A stretch of 64,000 nt of DNA. Source: Chiloscyllium plagiosum. Its lineage: Eukaryota. Both the position numbers and the translations under genes were made by a program. Below are positions 49,286-64,000 of the stretch, piece by piece. Positions within the stretch are counted from its first letter, which is position 1. Each line of letters starts with the position of its first letter. The notes under the pieces were generated by a model that saw only the letters and a program-made list of their open reading frames with translations, was not told the DNA's origin and ran no database searches. The DNA lies in assembly GCF_004010195.1 (NCBI RefSeq), contig NC_057719.1:42610742-42674741 (forward strand), given 5' to 3'.

Positions 49286-52200
49286 CTTGCCTGCAGCACC
49301 CCAATGTTAACTGCAAGTTCTGATCTGATCCGAGTCATACTCAGCTGAAGCTCGTTTCAAAAAACTTAAAACTTAACTCTTTCCCTACCTGCATATACAC
49401 TATACAAATTCTCACTATGTCTTTCATATCCTTCTGTCCAGTAAACACGAATGCAAAATACTCATTTAGTATCATGAACCTTTTTTCAGGATTATGCTTA
49501 CTTGGCTTTCTACCATTTAAAAATACAGGATTCAACCTCATTTTGGTCCACTGTAGATGACTTTACATGTGCCTGTACTACTACAGCTCCTACCCTACAT
49601 TTGTTTAATCTGTCGGTCTCTTCATAGTTTGTGAAATATCTACACTACTGTGTCAACATGGGAAGCATAGAAAACATCTATGCTGTCAACATAATTAATA
49701 TAGTGAAGTGTGGAAGTCCCAGCATAGATCCTTGCAGTACACCACAGTCACTTTCTTTGAGTAGATGTCTGTTATCCTTATCTTCTGTTTTGGAACCAGA
49801 TCAATGATTTACTTACAATCGGCTAGGGTATAATGTGAAACTTTGTTGAATGCCTTCTGGGAGACCGTAGAAAGTATGTTTGTCATCTTCTGTCTATTAT
49901 TTATTTCCTTTTACCAAAAAAAATCAGTTGGGCTTGTTGGTCATCATCATATTGCGAATGGCAGTTGGTCCTGCAATCACAACAGATCTCTCTCGGTAAT
50001 CAGTCAATCAGAGTAAGGTGTCAGTTTCTACCATCGTTGATAAACAGAGCACAAATTGTGCTTGGAATTGAACTGATGATATTATGAGCTCAAGTTTCCG
50101 TTAAAATGCATGTGCATTAACACAAACGTAAACGCTTCCATGAACCACTCATTGCAATGTCATAAATTGTATGTTTTTCTTTGCATTACAAATATTGCTG
50201 GTTTTGATAGCAGTTACGAAAGCGATTTCATGCCGCTGAAAGCAGACTTATCTGAAAACAATAGTGTGCTTAATCTCCAATCATAATTTAAAGCTATACT
50301 GGACCATTTACTAGTTTCATTGGGGTCAACTAGCTTGAAATAAGTTCACAATTTTAAAGCACAAAACCTTTAAAATGTGCCTGTGGTGAACGTGCGCCAA
50401 GTAAACTCTTAGCGTCAGCTCAAAAATCTTTCTTCGAACTGCTGTAGTGAATAGAAACTATTATTTTGATGTGGGTGGGATCAGTTTCAGGGGAAATTAC
50501 GTTTAAAGCAGGGTGAAGATGGCAGGAATTCAACTTTATGTTTATAATACTTTACGCTAGAGTTTTCCGCACTTTTGTGTTTGCACAGGTTCAGTCTATT
50601 GTGTTAATAAGCTCAGCATAAGCTAACGGAAACTCCTGTCCTCTGCTCTTAATTATAGCTTCCAATGATTTCCCCACAGATAAACTGTAATTTCCTTTTC
50701 TTTCCCTCCCTCTCTTTCGCATTTCTTTACCGATTGACTTAGGTGTGGAGGGGGGAATTACGGGAAAATGTTGTTTCAAAGTATCTGGAATAAGTATTTT
50801 TAAAGTAAACCTATATGGTGCAAAATTGCGAAATTCTGCTTCCAACTGGGAGGCTTCAAGGGGAGTTTTTGTTCGAGTCTTGAATGAGAATATTGGCACC
50901 TGTCTCTCAGTGACGAATGCCGCTCCCTTCTTAATGCACAGCAGGGTGGAACATCATTACCTCACCACATGGAAACTGGTTACATAATAAATAATTCCTT
51001 GGCTACTTCTGACGAGCAATTCTAAAACAAATGAATAAAAATTGGGTTTGAGGCACAGGTAAGTGTATCCGTTTGCAACATCTAACTTACGTGGCGGAAT
51101 ATATTTGCCACACTGCTGCTCACTTCAGTGAATAAGTTGGAATTTCTTCCGCTTTAAGGTCACGTCGGTTTGCTTGAATCTGCTCCAGAACAGACATCTG
51201 TCCCTGAACCAGCACTTCCTATCGTTAGACATACCACTGATTGCAGAGTAACTCATGACGCCCAGAACTATGGCAAAAGTTTATTTGTCACGGCATTCTC
51301 ATGTTGTGGTTTCAGAGTAATAATATATATTATTTTCATTTTGGAAACATGATTTCAGGCTAGGGTTTATTTTAAGACAGCCAGCGTGCTCTGCCAACAA
51401 CACGCGTTTGTTCAATTTTTTTTGTATGAGACGCCTCGCGCCCTATGCTCTGGAGAAAGTTGTGGAATTATAATTGTTATTACACAGGCCTAAAGTAGGA
51501 TTTCATATTGGGGGATAATAGAGAAAAAAATCGTTATATCAATCTTGTAATCTGATACTTTTAAATTAAGGCTAGTTAAGTGATTCTGTTTCTGCTATTA
51601 GAATTTGACAATGTTGACTTACTGTATTGTATCAAACGACTCACTTCGGACATGAAGCAAATTAGTATTAACAGGGATTTTGTCACCGTTGGTAACTTTT
51701 TACCTATATACACACACAATCTGTCGTGAATAAAGGATAGGCTGGTTATTAAAAACGAAGAACCATATCCCCATTTAGTTTGGTCGATAGCTGTGGACTG
51801 GGTATAAGCCAGACACCGATGTAATAAGACACTAAGACTTGGAGCTCTAAAGCGGAAAAACAAGTCGAACTGGTAGTTTTCATTTACCGAATGCATTCAA
51901 TGGATGGGAGGATATATGTTACAAAGCAAGAGTGCAGTCTTTCTCCAGGTCAGAGAAAATATATAATAGTTGTTCAACATATTCGTGTCATGATTTCCGA
52001 CAAACGTCTTCGCTTTGTCCAGCTTTCCCAAACAAGACAACTCTAATCCGTTTGTTGTAAAAACACTTTCACCTTCTCAGAGGCTGTTGGGTTTGATGCC
52101 TGTTTTAGTATTTGCAGATCTCCACCGTTGACTTTGGTTAGAGTTTCATATCTGATATTATTCACTGTCTTGGGGGGAGAGAGAGAGAGAGGGCGGGAGT

Positions 52201-52539
52201 GGGAATACAAACAGTTGGGGATTGATGTGAATGTCTCGCCACGGTACCATCCGCCGGCAAACAATGCAGGTACCATTGGGACAGACCTCCTTTCATGCCT
52301 GCCTGTAAACATTGGGCAGGCCGACAGTATTCTCGGGACCGGTCACCACACTGTATCTGCCCGCGGTGTTAATCAGCATAACCACGTATACACACTGGCT
52401 GCAGGGCAAAGTCCAACGACAAATGAGCACAGCATCTTACCCGGCACCGTGCTGTACGAGATCAGACTGAGGCAATGCTTTGTACGTCTACGTGTTGTGG
52501 TGTCTCAGATTTCCCTGGTGCTCCCTGCATCTTGCACAG

Positions 52540-53060
52540 CAGGTAAATCGCCATGGTTGAGGGCTGCGGCACCATCAGGGGCTGAGGGAGGGCTCGGCTG
52601 ACTGTGCACCGCCTCCCTCTCTCCCTCCAGCCTGTGAGGGACTGCACACCCCGGCTGCAGGAGTCAGGTGCTGCCGAGCAGGGGCCGGCTGCTACACTGG
52701 GAGCTCCCGGGCCGTGGCTGATGTGGCACCGCGGGTCTCTCCTTCCGTCAGGGCGGTAGCAGGGAGCGGCTCATCTCCGAGCGAAGGTGGGAGCTGGGGA
52801 GAAGGGGGGAAAAACCCGGCCTCTATTCCCCGGCCGGGCCGGGCCGCGCCGCTCGCAGTCGGTTCCCTTCCCGGGGGCTCGGCCCTGTCAAGCTGCTCAT
52901 TGTGGAGGGTGGCTGGAGGAGCCGGCTCCCGGCCTTGGGACTGGGTCCCCACAGCGGCAGCAGCAGCAGCATCACCTGTCCGCCCCCGCGGCTGTCTGCG
53001 AGGGAGAGCCGGGCTCGGCCTGGCTAACGCGGTGTCCCTCGTCCCGGTGCTGCTACTCCT
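52540..53060 (+). promoter_or_regulatory. CpG island, probable promoter and first exon region of CEP170B
   Basis: Very GC- and CpG-rich, repeat-free, ~1.2 kb upstream of the first coding exon. Confidence 0.8.
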
Positions 53061-54227
53061 TGTTATTGTGTAAAAGGCCATTGCTTGTTTTGTTCGTGCA
53101 TTGAATTGTTTCCATATTCAGTGACAGAGAAGGCCAACTAGAGAATCAGGATTGCAGGGTTATGCTGCAGTTTGTCAGGAGGATCTGGCTTTTCTTTTTG
53201 TATTTTTGAAACGCCCAGATCTTAGATTTATATATATATACATATACATTTATATGTACAATAATGTATTAAAAGAAACATTGATCTAGCAATCTCGCGA
53301 GAGTTATATTTGCTGGGCTATCTTTCACACATTTTATAGGTTTATCCAGCAGATATCTCCTGTTTAATATTGATTTCAACATAAAAAGCCATATACATGG
53401 AGGATGCATCCAGTGAGGTATTTCTCAATCCTTGTTTGCAGCTTGCTTTTCAATTTCACTTATATAAAAAAAACACCTAAATCAACCTGAACAAGCTATT
53501 TTTAAAAATCATGCAAAGTATGTGCATATAAAAAAGCAAATACCCTATTACATTTTCATCGGCGTTTTGAATAAATTAATAATTCAGCTGCAGTTTTCCA
53601 TCTGATAGGGCTGATTTTCTTTTAGTTCCATGTGGCAAATAATTGAAAGAAAATCTGGGTGGGAACTGAAGAGATCGACCTACTTTCATGTCATGAACAC
53701 AGTGATTGCAAATGCTGCCCACAAATGCCCCAAAACTCTGACCACATCAGCTATTGGCAAAAAGTATTTAAAAATTGACCACGAAAAGCACATGGAAAAC
53801 ACATGCAATAGAAAAATCTGAATGATTTCAAGACAGTAATGGTGCGCCTCAAAACCCTAATGCCTGATGGGAATGCTCTGTGCTATGTGTAATCATTCCA
53901 AGAAATCGAATGTTATACAATTCTAGTTACATTTATATAAATGTTTCAATTGGAAATACGATGTTAGGAACAAACAATTCTTTCAAATTTGTTTTTAGAG
54001 TTTCAAGAGTGTTTTATAATTATAGAATGTTACGATTTTAACATGCACATTTAACACTGACAAGTCTAAATAATAGAAAATATTGAACAAGAATAAATAC
54101 CTGATGTTTATTACTTCTGTATTTCAAAGGGACAATAACTTCTTCTTTCGCCTTAATTATTTTATAAACATAACTGAAAGAAAGCAAATTACTAAGAATG
54201 ATCTGTTGTATTTTTCTCTTTGTTTAG

Positions 54228-54434
<207 letters not shown>

Positions 54435-54691
54435 TAGAAATAATGAACATTATTTAAGAGGCAATTTTCTGCAATGACCAATTTCTGGATTTTACTGTGC
54501 TACTCACTGACCAGTGTACAGACTGGATGGAGACCTGCTTTCATGAATTCTGCAAAGAGGTGCCTCCATGTGTTTATCCTCCCTTAGCACTCTTTTCTTT
54601 CCCACTTCTTTTATCAGTTTTGGAAAATAGTTTGTGAAGCTTATAGATTTACTTATAAAACACAAAACTTTAACTTTGTAGCTTTGAGGGA

Positions 54692-55996
54692 TAGGATCTA
54701 TTTATATTTAGAAAAGACAGGGCTTATCAGTGATAGGCAACATGGTTTTGTGTGGGGGAGATCATAACTTGCCAACTTAATAGAGTTCTTTGAGGAAGTG
54801 ACCAAGTTGATAGATGAAGGAAGGACTGTTGATGTCATATACATGGAATTTAGTAAGGCATTTGATAAGGTTCCCCATGGTAAACTAATAGAGAGAGTGA
54901 AGTCACATGGTGTGCATGATGTTCTAACTAGATGGATAAAGAACTGGTTGAGCAACAGGAGACAGACAGTAGTAATTGAAGGGAGTTTCTTGAAATTGAG
55001 AAAGGTGACCAGTGGTGTTCCACAGGGGTCAGTGTAGGGGCCACTGTTGTTTGTGATATACATCAATGATCTGGAAGAGGGCGCTGTTGGTATGATCACC
55101 ACGAAGATTGGAGGAGTAGCAGAAAGCATAAGGGACTGTCAATGAATACAGGAGAATATAGATAGATTGGAGAGTTGGGCAGAAAGGTGGCAGATGGAGT
55201 TCAATCCAGACAAATGCGAGGTGATGCATTTAGGCAAGTCTAATTAAAGAGCGAGTTATACAACGAACGGAAGAGCCTTGGGAAAAGTTGATGGGCAGAG
55301 AGATCTAGGAGTGCAGGTCCATTGTACCCTGAAGGTTGCTACACAGCTGGATAGAGTGGTCAAGAAGACATATAGTATGCTTGCCTTCATCGGATGGGGT
55401 ATTGAGTATAAGAGCTGGCAGGTCATATTAAAATTGTACAAGACATTGGTTAGGCTGCATTTAGAATATGGTGTACAGTTCTGGTTGCCACATTTTCAAA
55501 AGGATGTGGATGCTTTGGAGAGGGTGCAGAGAAGGTTTATGAGGATGTTGCCTGGTATGAAAGGTACTAGTTATGAAGAGAAGTTGAGTAGGTTAGGTTT
55601 ATTTTCATTAGAAAAAAGGAGATTGAGGGGGACCTGATTGAGGTTTACAAAACCATGAAGGGTATAGACAGGGTAGATAAAGGTAAGCTTTTTCCCAGGG
55701 TGAAGGATTCAATAACGAGAGGTCATGCTTTCAAGGTGAGAGGTGAAAAGTTTAAGGGGGATACATGTGGCAAATACTTTACACAGAGCGTGGTGGGCGT
55801 CTGGAACACGTTGCCAGCAGAAGTGGTAGAGGAAGGCACGGTAGATTAATTTAAGATGCATCTGAACAGATGCATGAGTAGGTGGGGAGCAGAGGGATTC
55901 AGATGCTTGGAATTGGGTGACAGGTTTAGACAGTAGATTTGGATCAGCTCAGGCTTGGAGGGCCGAAGGGCCTTGTTCCTGGGCTGTAAATTTATA
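54692..55996 (+). mobile_element. Intronic 5'-truncated CR1 LINE
   Basis: [33 protein letters not shown]. Confidence 0.92.
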
Positions 55997-56369
55997 TTGC
56001 AAACTGTAGCCATCAATAGAATCAGGATGCTGAGATAGGATGGCTGGATAATATTTTCACACATTTGGCAGAACCTGTGACTATGGTTTGAAGTCAATAG
56101 AATAGAATATGATATCTTTAACTCTTACAATTGTTTTTAATTGACAGAAAAGTTCAAACAGTCAGAAGAGGTCAATGCTAGGTTAACTTTGCACATCAGA
56201 GTGAGGCCTGTGCTTTACCTAAAGCAAAATTGTTGCCTAAACTTGCTGGACTGGTTTAATGTAACAGGACTATCTGACCTCCCTTCAGATATGGGAGGAG
56301 TCTTTCGGTTCACTTCTGTGTCAACTATTGGCAGCAAGAAATGCCCATGTCAGGTGAATGGCTGTAAAC

Positions 56370-57740
56370 ATTAGATACTGCAAAGGTTTTGGGGCCTGAC
56401 AGTATTTGAGCAGTAGTACTGAAAACTTGTGCTCTAGAAATTGCTGTGCTCCTAGCCAAGCTGTACCTGTGCAGCAACAACATATTATCTACCTAAAAAT
56501 ATGGAAAATTGCCTAGGTGTGTCCTGTTCACACAAAGCAGGTCAAATTCAACCCAATCGATTACTGCCATTAGTCTGCTATCCATCATCGAGCAACTAAT
56601 AGGAGGTGTCATCAAAAGTGCTATCGAGCAGCATTTGATAACCTGCTCACTGATGCTCTGTTTGGGTTCCACCAGGCTCAACAGCTCTGACATCATTATA
56701 ACCTTGGTTTAAATGTGGACAAAAGAGCTGAACTCCAGAGAGAATGTGAAACTGACTGCCCCAACATCAAAGTAGCATTTAACATTGGATGGTGGAATTA
56801 TGTAGGGGGGGCGGGAGGAGATCTTTGTTGCTTCGAGCAAAAAGGAAGATGATTGTGATTGTTGGAGGTCAGTCATTCCAGCTCTCGGACACCTCTGCTG
56901 GAGCTCCTCAATGAAGTGTCCTAGACCCAGTCACCTTCAGCTGCTTCATCAATGACCTGCCCTCAGTTATAAGGCCAGAAGTGGGAATGTTCGCCAATAA
57001 TTGCACAATGTTCAGCATCATTCCTCAGATGCTGAAACAGTCCATATTCAAATGTATCAAGACCTGGAAAATGCAAAGGTTTGGTCTGATAAATTAAAAA
57101 TAATTGAGCCGTATAAGTCAGACAAGGCCATCTTTGACTCGAGAGAATTTAACTACCACCCTTTGACATATGCTGACAGTGCCATTGCTAAATACCCCAC
57201 TGTTGACATCTGGGAGATATCATTGACCAGTAATTGAACTGGACTAGCTAAATGCATACAGTGGTATCAGGAGCAGGATAGAGGCTAGAATCTGCAGCTA
57301 GTATGCGCCACCTAACTCCACAAAGCCGCTATCACCATTTGCAAGGCATAAATCAAGAGCCAAAAATTCCACTTGCTTCAATGATTGCAGCTACAACACT
57401 CAAGAAGCTGACGTCACCCAAGGCAAAGTAGCCAGTGCCACTATCTTCGAGCTCCTTAGATAGCACCTTTTCAAACCCGTGATGACTACCATCAAGAAAG
57501 ACAGGGGCAGTACACATGTGGGAATACTACCACCTGCAAGTTCCTTTCCAAGCCACACTCCCCTTCAGTGTCACTGGGTCAAAATCTTACTACTTTTTGA
57601 TTAGCATTGTGGGTATACCTACATTAAATGGACTGCAGTGGTTCAAGAAAGCAGCTCACCACAGTCTTCTCAATGGCAACCAGGGGTCGGCAATAAATTC
57701 TGGACGAGCCAGTGACACTCTCATCCCATGAATGAATTTT
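56370..57740 (+). mobile_element. Old CR1/L2-type LINE (RT and 3'UTR)
   Basis: AISLLSII, gctcctcaa..gtcctagaccc RT remnants; ends tgaatgaa plus A-run. Confidence 0.7.
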
Positions 57741-59434
57741 AAAAAAATACGAGGAGGATAAAAAAGATAGTCCAATAATGTACATCACATGGCCAGAATC
57801 CATTTACCTATTTTAAAGCAGGAATGTTCTGATATCTAGTCAGAATCGCTTTTTACTTTGTAAGGAATGTGTACCATGTAGAGTATAGTTTTGTGTTCCT
57901 TTAAGCAGATGTAGTTGCTCTGAATTCTTTTAACACATTGGAAGCAATGTGCGATCAGTATGCTCTTTGAAAGAGGCAGCTGAAGCAATGTTTTGTTTTA
58001 GCTGTAACAGAGAGCATCGCACAAAAAAGGTAGACTCTGTGAATTATGAGTAATTTTTGAACATTGTAGATTTTTTTTAAAGCTTTCATTTCAATGGACT
58101 GTTGAGACCTTTGAAAAATTCTGTGTCCAGTCCAGTATGGGTGTGTCACATGCATACGTGTTGTCTTACCTTTTATACAAAGAAGCTTAGAAAAAGAACA
58201 TACTGTATATGCTAATTGTTTCCATAGTTTCAGAGAAATCTCCTAGCAATGAAGACCTAAAACATAAATAACTTGACGTTAGGAGCTACCTTTTATATGT
58301 TTAAATAAAATCTGACCCACTGATCGGGCTTAGTGATCAATGAGAAGCTAACTTTTCAAAGGCACAAAAGCTACCCATAATGATCTTAGATGGGCACAAA
58401 GAGTTCCACACAATTGTGCAACAGAGCATTATATGTTACATGATATAATGCTGAAATCCACATTCAATAACACTCTCCAGTTCAGCATAAACAAGATGTT
58501 TACGGTTTTATGTTGCAAAAGTGCAGTAATTTATTGTAAACCAAACAAGTTAGAACAGTCAAAAGTGTATTATCAAATAATGGCAAAAAGTTTGTGGACT
58601 ATATATTTCCAAATACAGAAAATGCTGGAAATCACAGCACATCAGGCAGTATCATTGGAAAACGGATGCTACCTGACACAGTGTGACTTCCAGCATTATT
58701 TGTTTATAGTACAGATTCTAGCATCTGCAGTAATTTGCTCCAGGATTATTTATTAGTAGTGTTCAGTGAGTACTGGGATGGAATCTGTGCTAAGAATATA
58801 GATTGTTCTACTTATGGATTCAGCCTCAGGAACATTTTTTTTCATCACCATTTTATTTCTCACATCAGCCATTCTGTAATCTCTGTGTGAGGTTGCTACC
58901 TTTTTGCAGTTGAGGTTTCCTTTAGAAACTGGATTAATATTGCCCAGTTTTGAATTGTAGCAATTTTTTTTCAGGCATCAAAGGAAGGCTTTAGATTTTA
59001 ATCCCATTAGTTTGGGTTGAGTTTAATTTGTGGTCCCAGTCCTAAATGTCGTTTTTATGTGCATATGAGTTCTTAAGCCCACTAATTGATATAAGTTAAT
59101 GGTTAATTAAAATACATCCAAAATACTAAGTGATCATTTAAACATATGCTTGAATAAAGACATTAAAGTTCTAGACTCTACCTCAGATTTTAACTGTTAG
59201 AGTTTTATTCCTGTACCAAGCACATGCTAGAATGCTTGTTCCATATTTCTTAGAAGTTTGAGACTACAAATATTTTAGTATGCTTACAAATTTATTTCTC
59301 AAAATTACAGAAGTACCATACGATAGTGATGCAAAACTTGGCATCAGTAAGGGAATGTTCTGTAGAGTTGAATTCTAAGTACATGACTTTGGAAATGAGA
59401 AAACTATGGACCCCATATGGACCAAGTGTAAATC

Positions 59435-59580
59435 CAGTTCTGAGGAAGGGTCACTTGACCCAAAACGTTAACACTGATTTTTCTTTTCCTCCACAGATGC
59501 TGCCAGACCTGCTGAGCTTTTCCAGCAAGTTCTGTTTTTATTTCTGATTTCCAGCATCCACATTTCTTTTGGTTTTTATT
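59435..59580 (+). mobile_element. Older pLTR unit with degenerate hammerhead
   Basis: agtt-CTGAGGA-agggtca-ct-tgaccc-AAAACGTT-aac...gatgctgccagacctgctgag. Confidence 0.65.
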
Positions 59581-61706
59581 TAAATTCAGTTCAGTTTATC
59601 AAACATTTTAATGTTTTGTTGCAACGTTCAGAAATTATTTTGGTTTATACACATCTTTTGTGTCCACCTGTCATTTGAGTTCTGGTGACAAGCTCACTGA
59701 GCGCGACTATCATAGCAGACTAAGTCATTTTTCTGTTACTTGTTCTGTTGAGGGGATCACACTGAGAACAATTCCAATTGCTAACTCTTTTACAGTGAAA
59801 AATTGTACCAAGAGATGTCTATACCTTAGTGGTATAGTGGTAGTTCATTTAGCACAGCCAAGAAATCTGAAATTCTCAGAAAATCAGAAGCATGCAAGGC
59901 TATAAGGCCAAGTGCTGGAAAAGGAGGTGTTTGTTTTTATCAATGTGGTAAAGGGCTTTTTCTGTGTTGTAGACCTCCGACTCTAAATCTTGAGTCTGAC
60001 TGCAGAATTATTAGGAGACCCATGGAAGTCAACTTGTAGTTCTTGAGTTTTACCTAATGTAATATAATTTGTGTGATTGAACCATGATTCTAGCATATTC
60101 GGGTGTTGGTTAGCTACTTGATAAACTTAGCACAATTCATTTAATTGAAAGTAGGAATTCCCATCTAGACTAAGAAAGCAGGAATTTCTACCTCAGCATG
60201 TCTAACATTTAGTGGATGTTTGCAAAGCTTTATAGGGTCAAGAGTTCTTTAAACTGCAATGTCTGAATTGAGGCCAGACTTGATAAATGTACTTTTTCCT
60301 ATTGCAAATTGCGATTTTTAGCTATCAATAAGTTTGGTACAACCTATTGTAGCTGTCAATAGGTATAATTTGAGTTTTATCCCAATCCAATGTAGAAAAA
60401 CTTTACTGAATCATTTTAGTTTTGAATGAACAAATATATTAAGAATACTAAGCTTTATGCTAGAAAATGTTCAGGATAATTTTGCGCTTGTTTTTGCATT
60501 CTGAAATTGCCTACAGAAAACATTGTTGAATTTTATGTTGCATTCTCTTGCTCCCTTTTAATTGCTGGTCATTTTTTGAGTATTTCTCATTGCACTTGCC
60601 ATGTACATGAGTAATTGCATACATTATTGTGATGAGATCAGGTGGGAAGGGGTGAATCAGTTTCCCTCATTTTACCTTTCTCAATTGCTTAAAACAAACA
60701 TTTACTATTTTTAGTGCATGGTATTATCTTTCTCCAGTTTTAAACTGATTTTTACTGTACCAGTAAATAGCTAATTATAAGTTTTGTTTTTGACTTGGAA
60801 AAGAGCAGGTTTTATTACCTGCCAGGCTGGAGAGAAAAACAATGAAAGCTCAATTTCAAGTGTGTGACAAATACGCACAGGGCCACACAAAAGGGGATAG
60901 TGTCCAATACAAAAGGAAAGTAAAGGAATGTACACCTTAGAACTTGAAACTAGATCAGGATTTTTGAATAGCCGTGGCTAAAAACTGTTTTGAAGAAGGC
61001 TATGAATCCAAAATGTTAGCTAAGTTTTTTTTCTACAAAAGTTATTTGAACTGAGAGTTTAGTATTGTGCTGGAGTGTAAATGATAAGTATAGGTTTTGC
61101 AACCTTAGTTTTTCAGAACTTGCTGACACAACCAGTGACCTTTGATATTTTGAGTTGAATCTCCTCATTATTAGCTGGTTTCCATATTGGACATAACATT
61201 GCATCTTGGGCTGGCTTTAAAACATTATAAATTTGGACTGAATTTGATTTGCAGTTATAAAAAGAATTTCTGGAGCTAAAATATGCTAACCGACCGTTCA
61301 ACCTGAAAGGGAAAGTAATGATTGATATTACAGATTTTGAAAGCTAACGTTTATCATTTTCTCTAAGATGCTGATTGGCCTCATCCAATTTTTTTTATTT
61401 TGGTTAGATTGATCTTCAGATGTGTAAATAGAACACTCTACCAATTGTGTTCTAATTGATTCAAAGCACATGTTAATCTGGCTTTCCAGTTGTACTTCAG
61501 TATTGCAATTGGTTATTAGGGTAACTAATGGTACGTGGTGTTAACCAGCAACTGTACAACAAATAGGAGTTACACACACCATGTACTTTTTTTTGGTCAT
61601 GAATATTTCTAATCCAAGGGAAGTAGCTATGTTAGACTGGAACCAATTAGCACAATGTTGAAGGCTTCTTCTGAACATCTTAGAATTCATTATATTGTTT
61701 TCCTAG

Positions 61707-62230
<524 letters not shown>

Positions 62231-62399
62231 AAATGTACTTCTAAAACCATCTATTGTTAATTCAGAAACCACCATAATATGATTCTAATTAATATATAAA
62301 AGAAGTAATTTTAAAAATGGAAATTTTTTAATATAATTCTTTGTTTAAATGAGCAGATTGCAAGTGGCTTATTTTTGAATGTAAAACCTTTGAATTTAA

Positions 62400-62528
<129 letters not shown>

Positions 62529-63237
62529 TAACCTTATTGATCTGTTTGAAGCCTTTGTTTATAATTATTGTATGTCCTTTTAACTTTATACTCTACTAAA
62601 TGTTTGAAGTTGCACATGAAAAGAAGCAGTATAAGATATCATTTAATGGAGAAAACACGAAGTTATTATTCTTTGCTGTGAAATTTATTGATCTGTACAG
62701 TTTTAGGATGATTGGAGGACATTCTTGTATTCAATTCTAAATGAGTATACTTTATGTGTATTGTATTTTTTGAGTTTATTGTTTCCTTTTCATAATGTCT
62801 TTGCCTTAAACATATTGGTAATTTTACATGTGACTAATCTGGAAGCGCCATATTTATGCAAGAGCGTGTAACTAAGTATCTGACGGGGAAATCTTGTAAT
62901 TGATTATTTGCAAGTAGAACTATTTTTGATTATATTACTGCCAATGTCATTCATTTCAGGTTTGTGCTGTTTTCTGTTGCAATGATAGCTACACCACTTA
63001 TGTAATCGCAATGCTTGTAAAAAGGCTGTTTTTGACCCAAAATTGAGAGAACGTACTTGGAAATTCTGCTCTCCTATTTACAAAATGTGAAAACTAAAGG
63101 TGAACTATGTTCTCTTCATTGCAACATTTTGATCACAAAAGCATTGTCTGGCCTTAAAACAGTCCCGAGTAACAATATCAATGAAATTGTCAGTCTGGCT
63201 CTAATGCAACGAGGGATACGTCGGCTTCCAAGAGATC

Positions 63238-64000
63238 AATTGTGTTAGGGGATTCTGTAGTCAGAGGTACAGACAGACGTTTCTGTGGTCAGCAGAGAAA
63301 AAGCAGAATGGTGTGTTGTTTCCCTGGTGCCAGGATCAAGGATGTCTCAGAGACGGTGCAGAATGTTCTCAAGGGGGAGAGGGGCCAGCAAGGAGTCATT
63401 ATCCACATTGGAACCAAAGATATAGGAAGGGAAGAGGTTGAGATTCTGAAGGGTGATTACAGTGAGTTAGGCAGGAATTTAAAAAGGAGGTCCTCAAGGG
63501 TAGTAATATCTGGATTACTCCCAGTGCTACGAGCTAGTGAGGGCAGGAATAGGAGGATAGAGCAGATGAATGCATGGCTGAGGAGCTGGTGTATGGGAGA
63601 AGNNNNNNNNNNNNNNNNNNNNNNNNNNNNNNNNNNNNNNNNNNNNNNNNNNNGGGGATTAATATACTGGCAGGGAGATTTGCTAGAACTGCTTGGGAGG
63701 ATTTAAACTAGTAAGGGGAGGGGTTGGGACCCAGGGAGATAGTGAGGAAAGAGATCGATCTGAGATGGGTACAGCTGAGAACAGAAGTGAGTGAAACAGT
63801 CAGGGCAGGCAGGGACGAGGTAGGACTAATAAATTAAACTTAATTTATTTCAATGCAAGGGGCCTAACAGGGAAGGCAGATGAACTCAGGGCATGGTTAG
63901 GAACATGGGACTGGAATATCATAGCAATTACGGAAACATGGCTCAGGGATGGGCAGGACTGGGAGCTTAATGTTCCAGGATACAAATGCTACAGGAAGGA
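63238..64000 (+). mobile_element. CR1 LINE: ORF1 SGNH-esterase region and start of ORF2 endonuclease, runs off the window
   Basis: GDSVVRG, CFPGARI, IHIGT.D, VISGLLP; then YFNARGL..KADEL..IAITETWL. Confidence 0.88.

Noticed and set aside
52128..53104. Several 100-157 aa ORFs over the CpG island
   Set aside because: Overlapping on both strands, low-complexity products expected from GC richness, no recognisable domain
62575..62596. tccttttaac...ac resembling a U12 branch point and acceptor ~80 bp after the AT donor
   Set aside because: Imperfect consensus and no CEP170-like coding sequence follows

Overview
Eukaryotic, repeat-rich DNA from a cartilaginous fish. The repeat complement suggests a bamboo-shark-like genome (inference). 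The only host gene I can support is the 5' part of a CEP170-family gene, most likely CEP170B, on the + strand. It has a CpG island at ~52.5-53.1 kb and three FHA-domain coding exons (54267-54371, 61707-61796, 62436-62514); the third is followed by a U12-type AT-AC donor (ATATCCTTTC). The ~50 kb upstream is mostly decayed transposons: CR1/L2-type LINEs, two L1 elements, Tx1 fragments, Penelope-like elements (PLEs), HE1-like and other tRNA-derived SINEs, and Harbinger-type Myb remnants. Highlights: (1) many short PLE pseudo-LTR units with minimal hammerhead-ribozyme cores, several inserted alone with their own target-site duplications (TSDs); (2) a 12.7-kb nested stack of a solo LTR, a chimeric L1 and younger inserts, with readable TSDs; (3) a perfect 78-bp templated inverted duplication inside a SINE; (4) a possible in-frame N-terminal extension of CEP170B. 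Family names come from my recognition of motifs, not from database searches.
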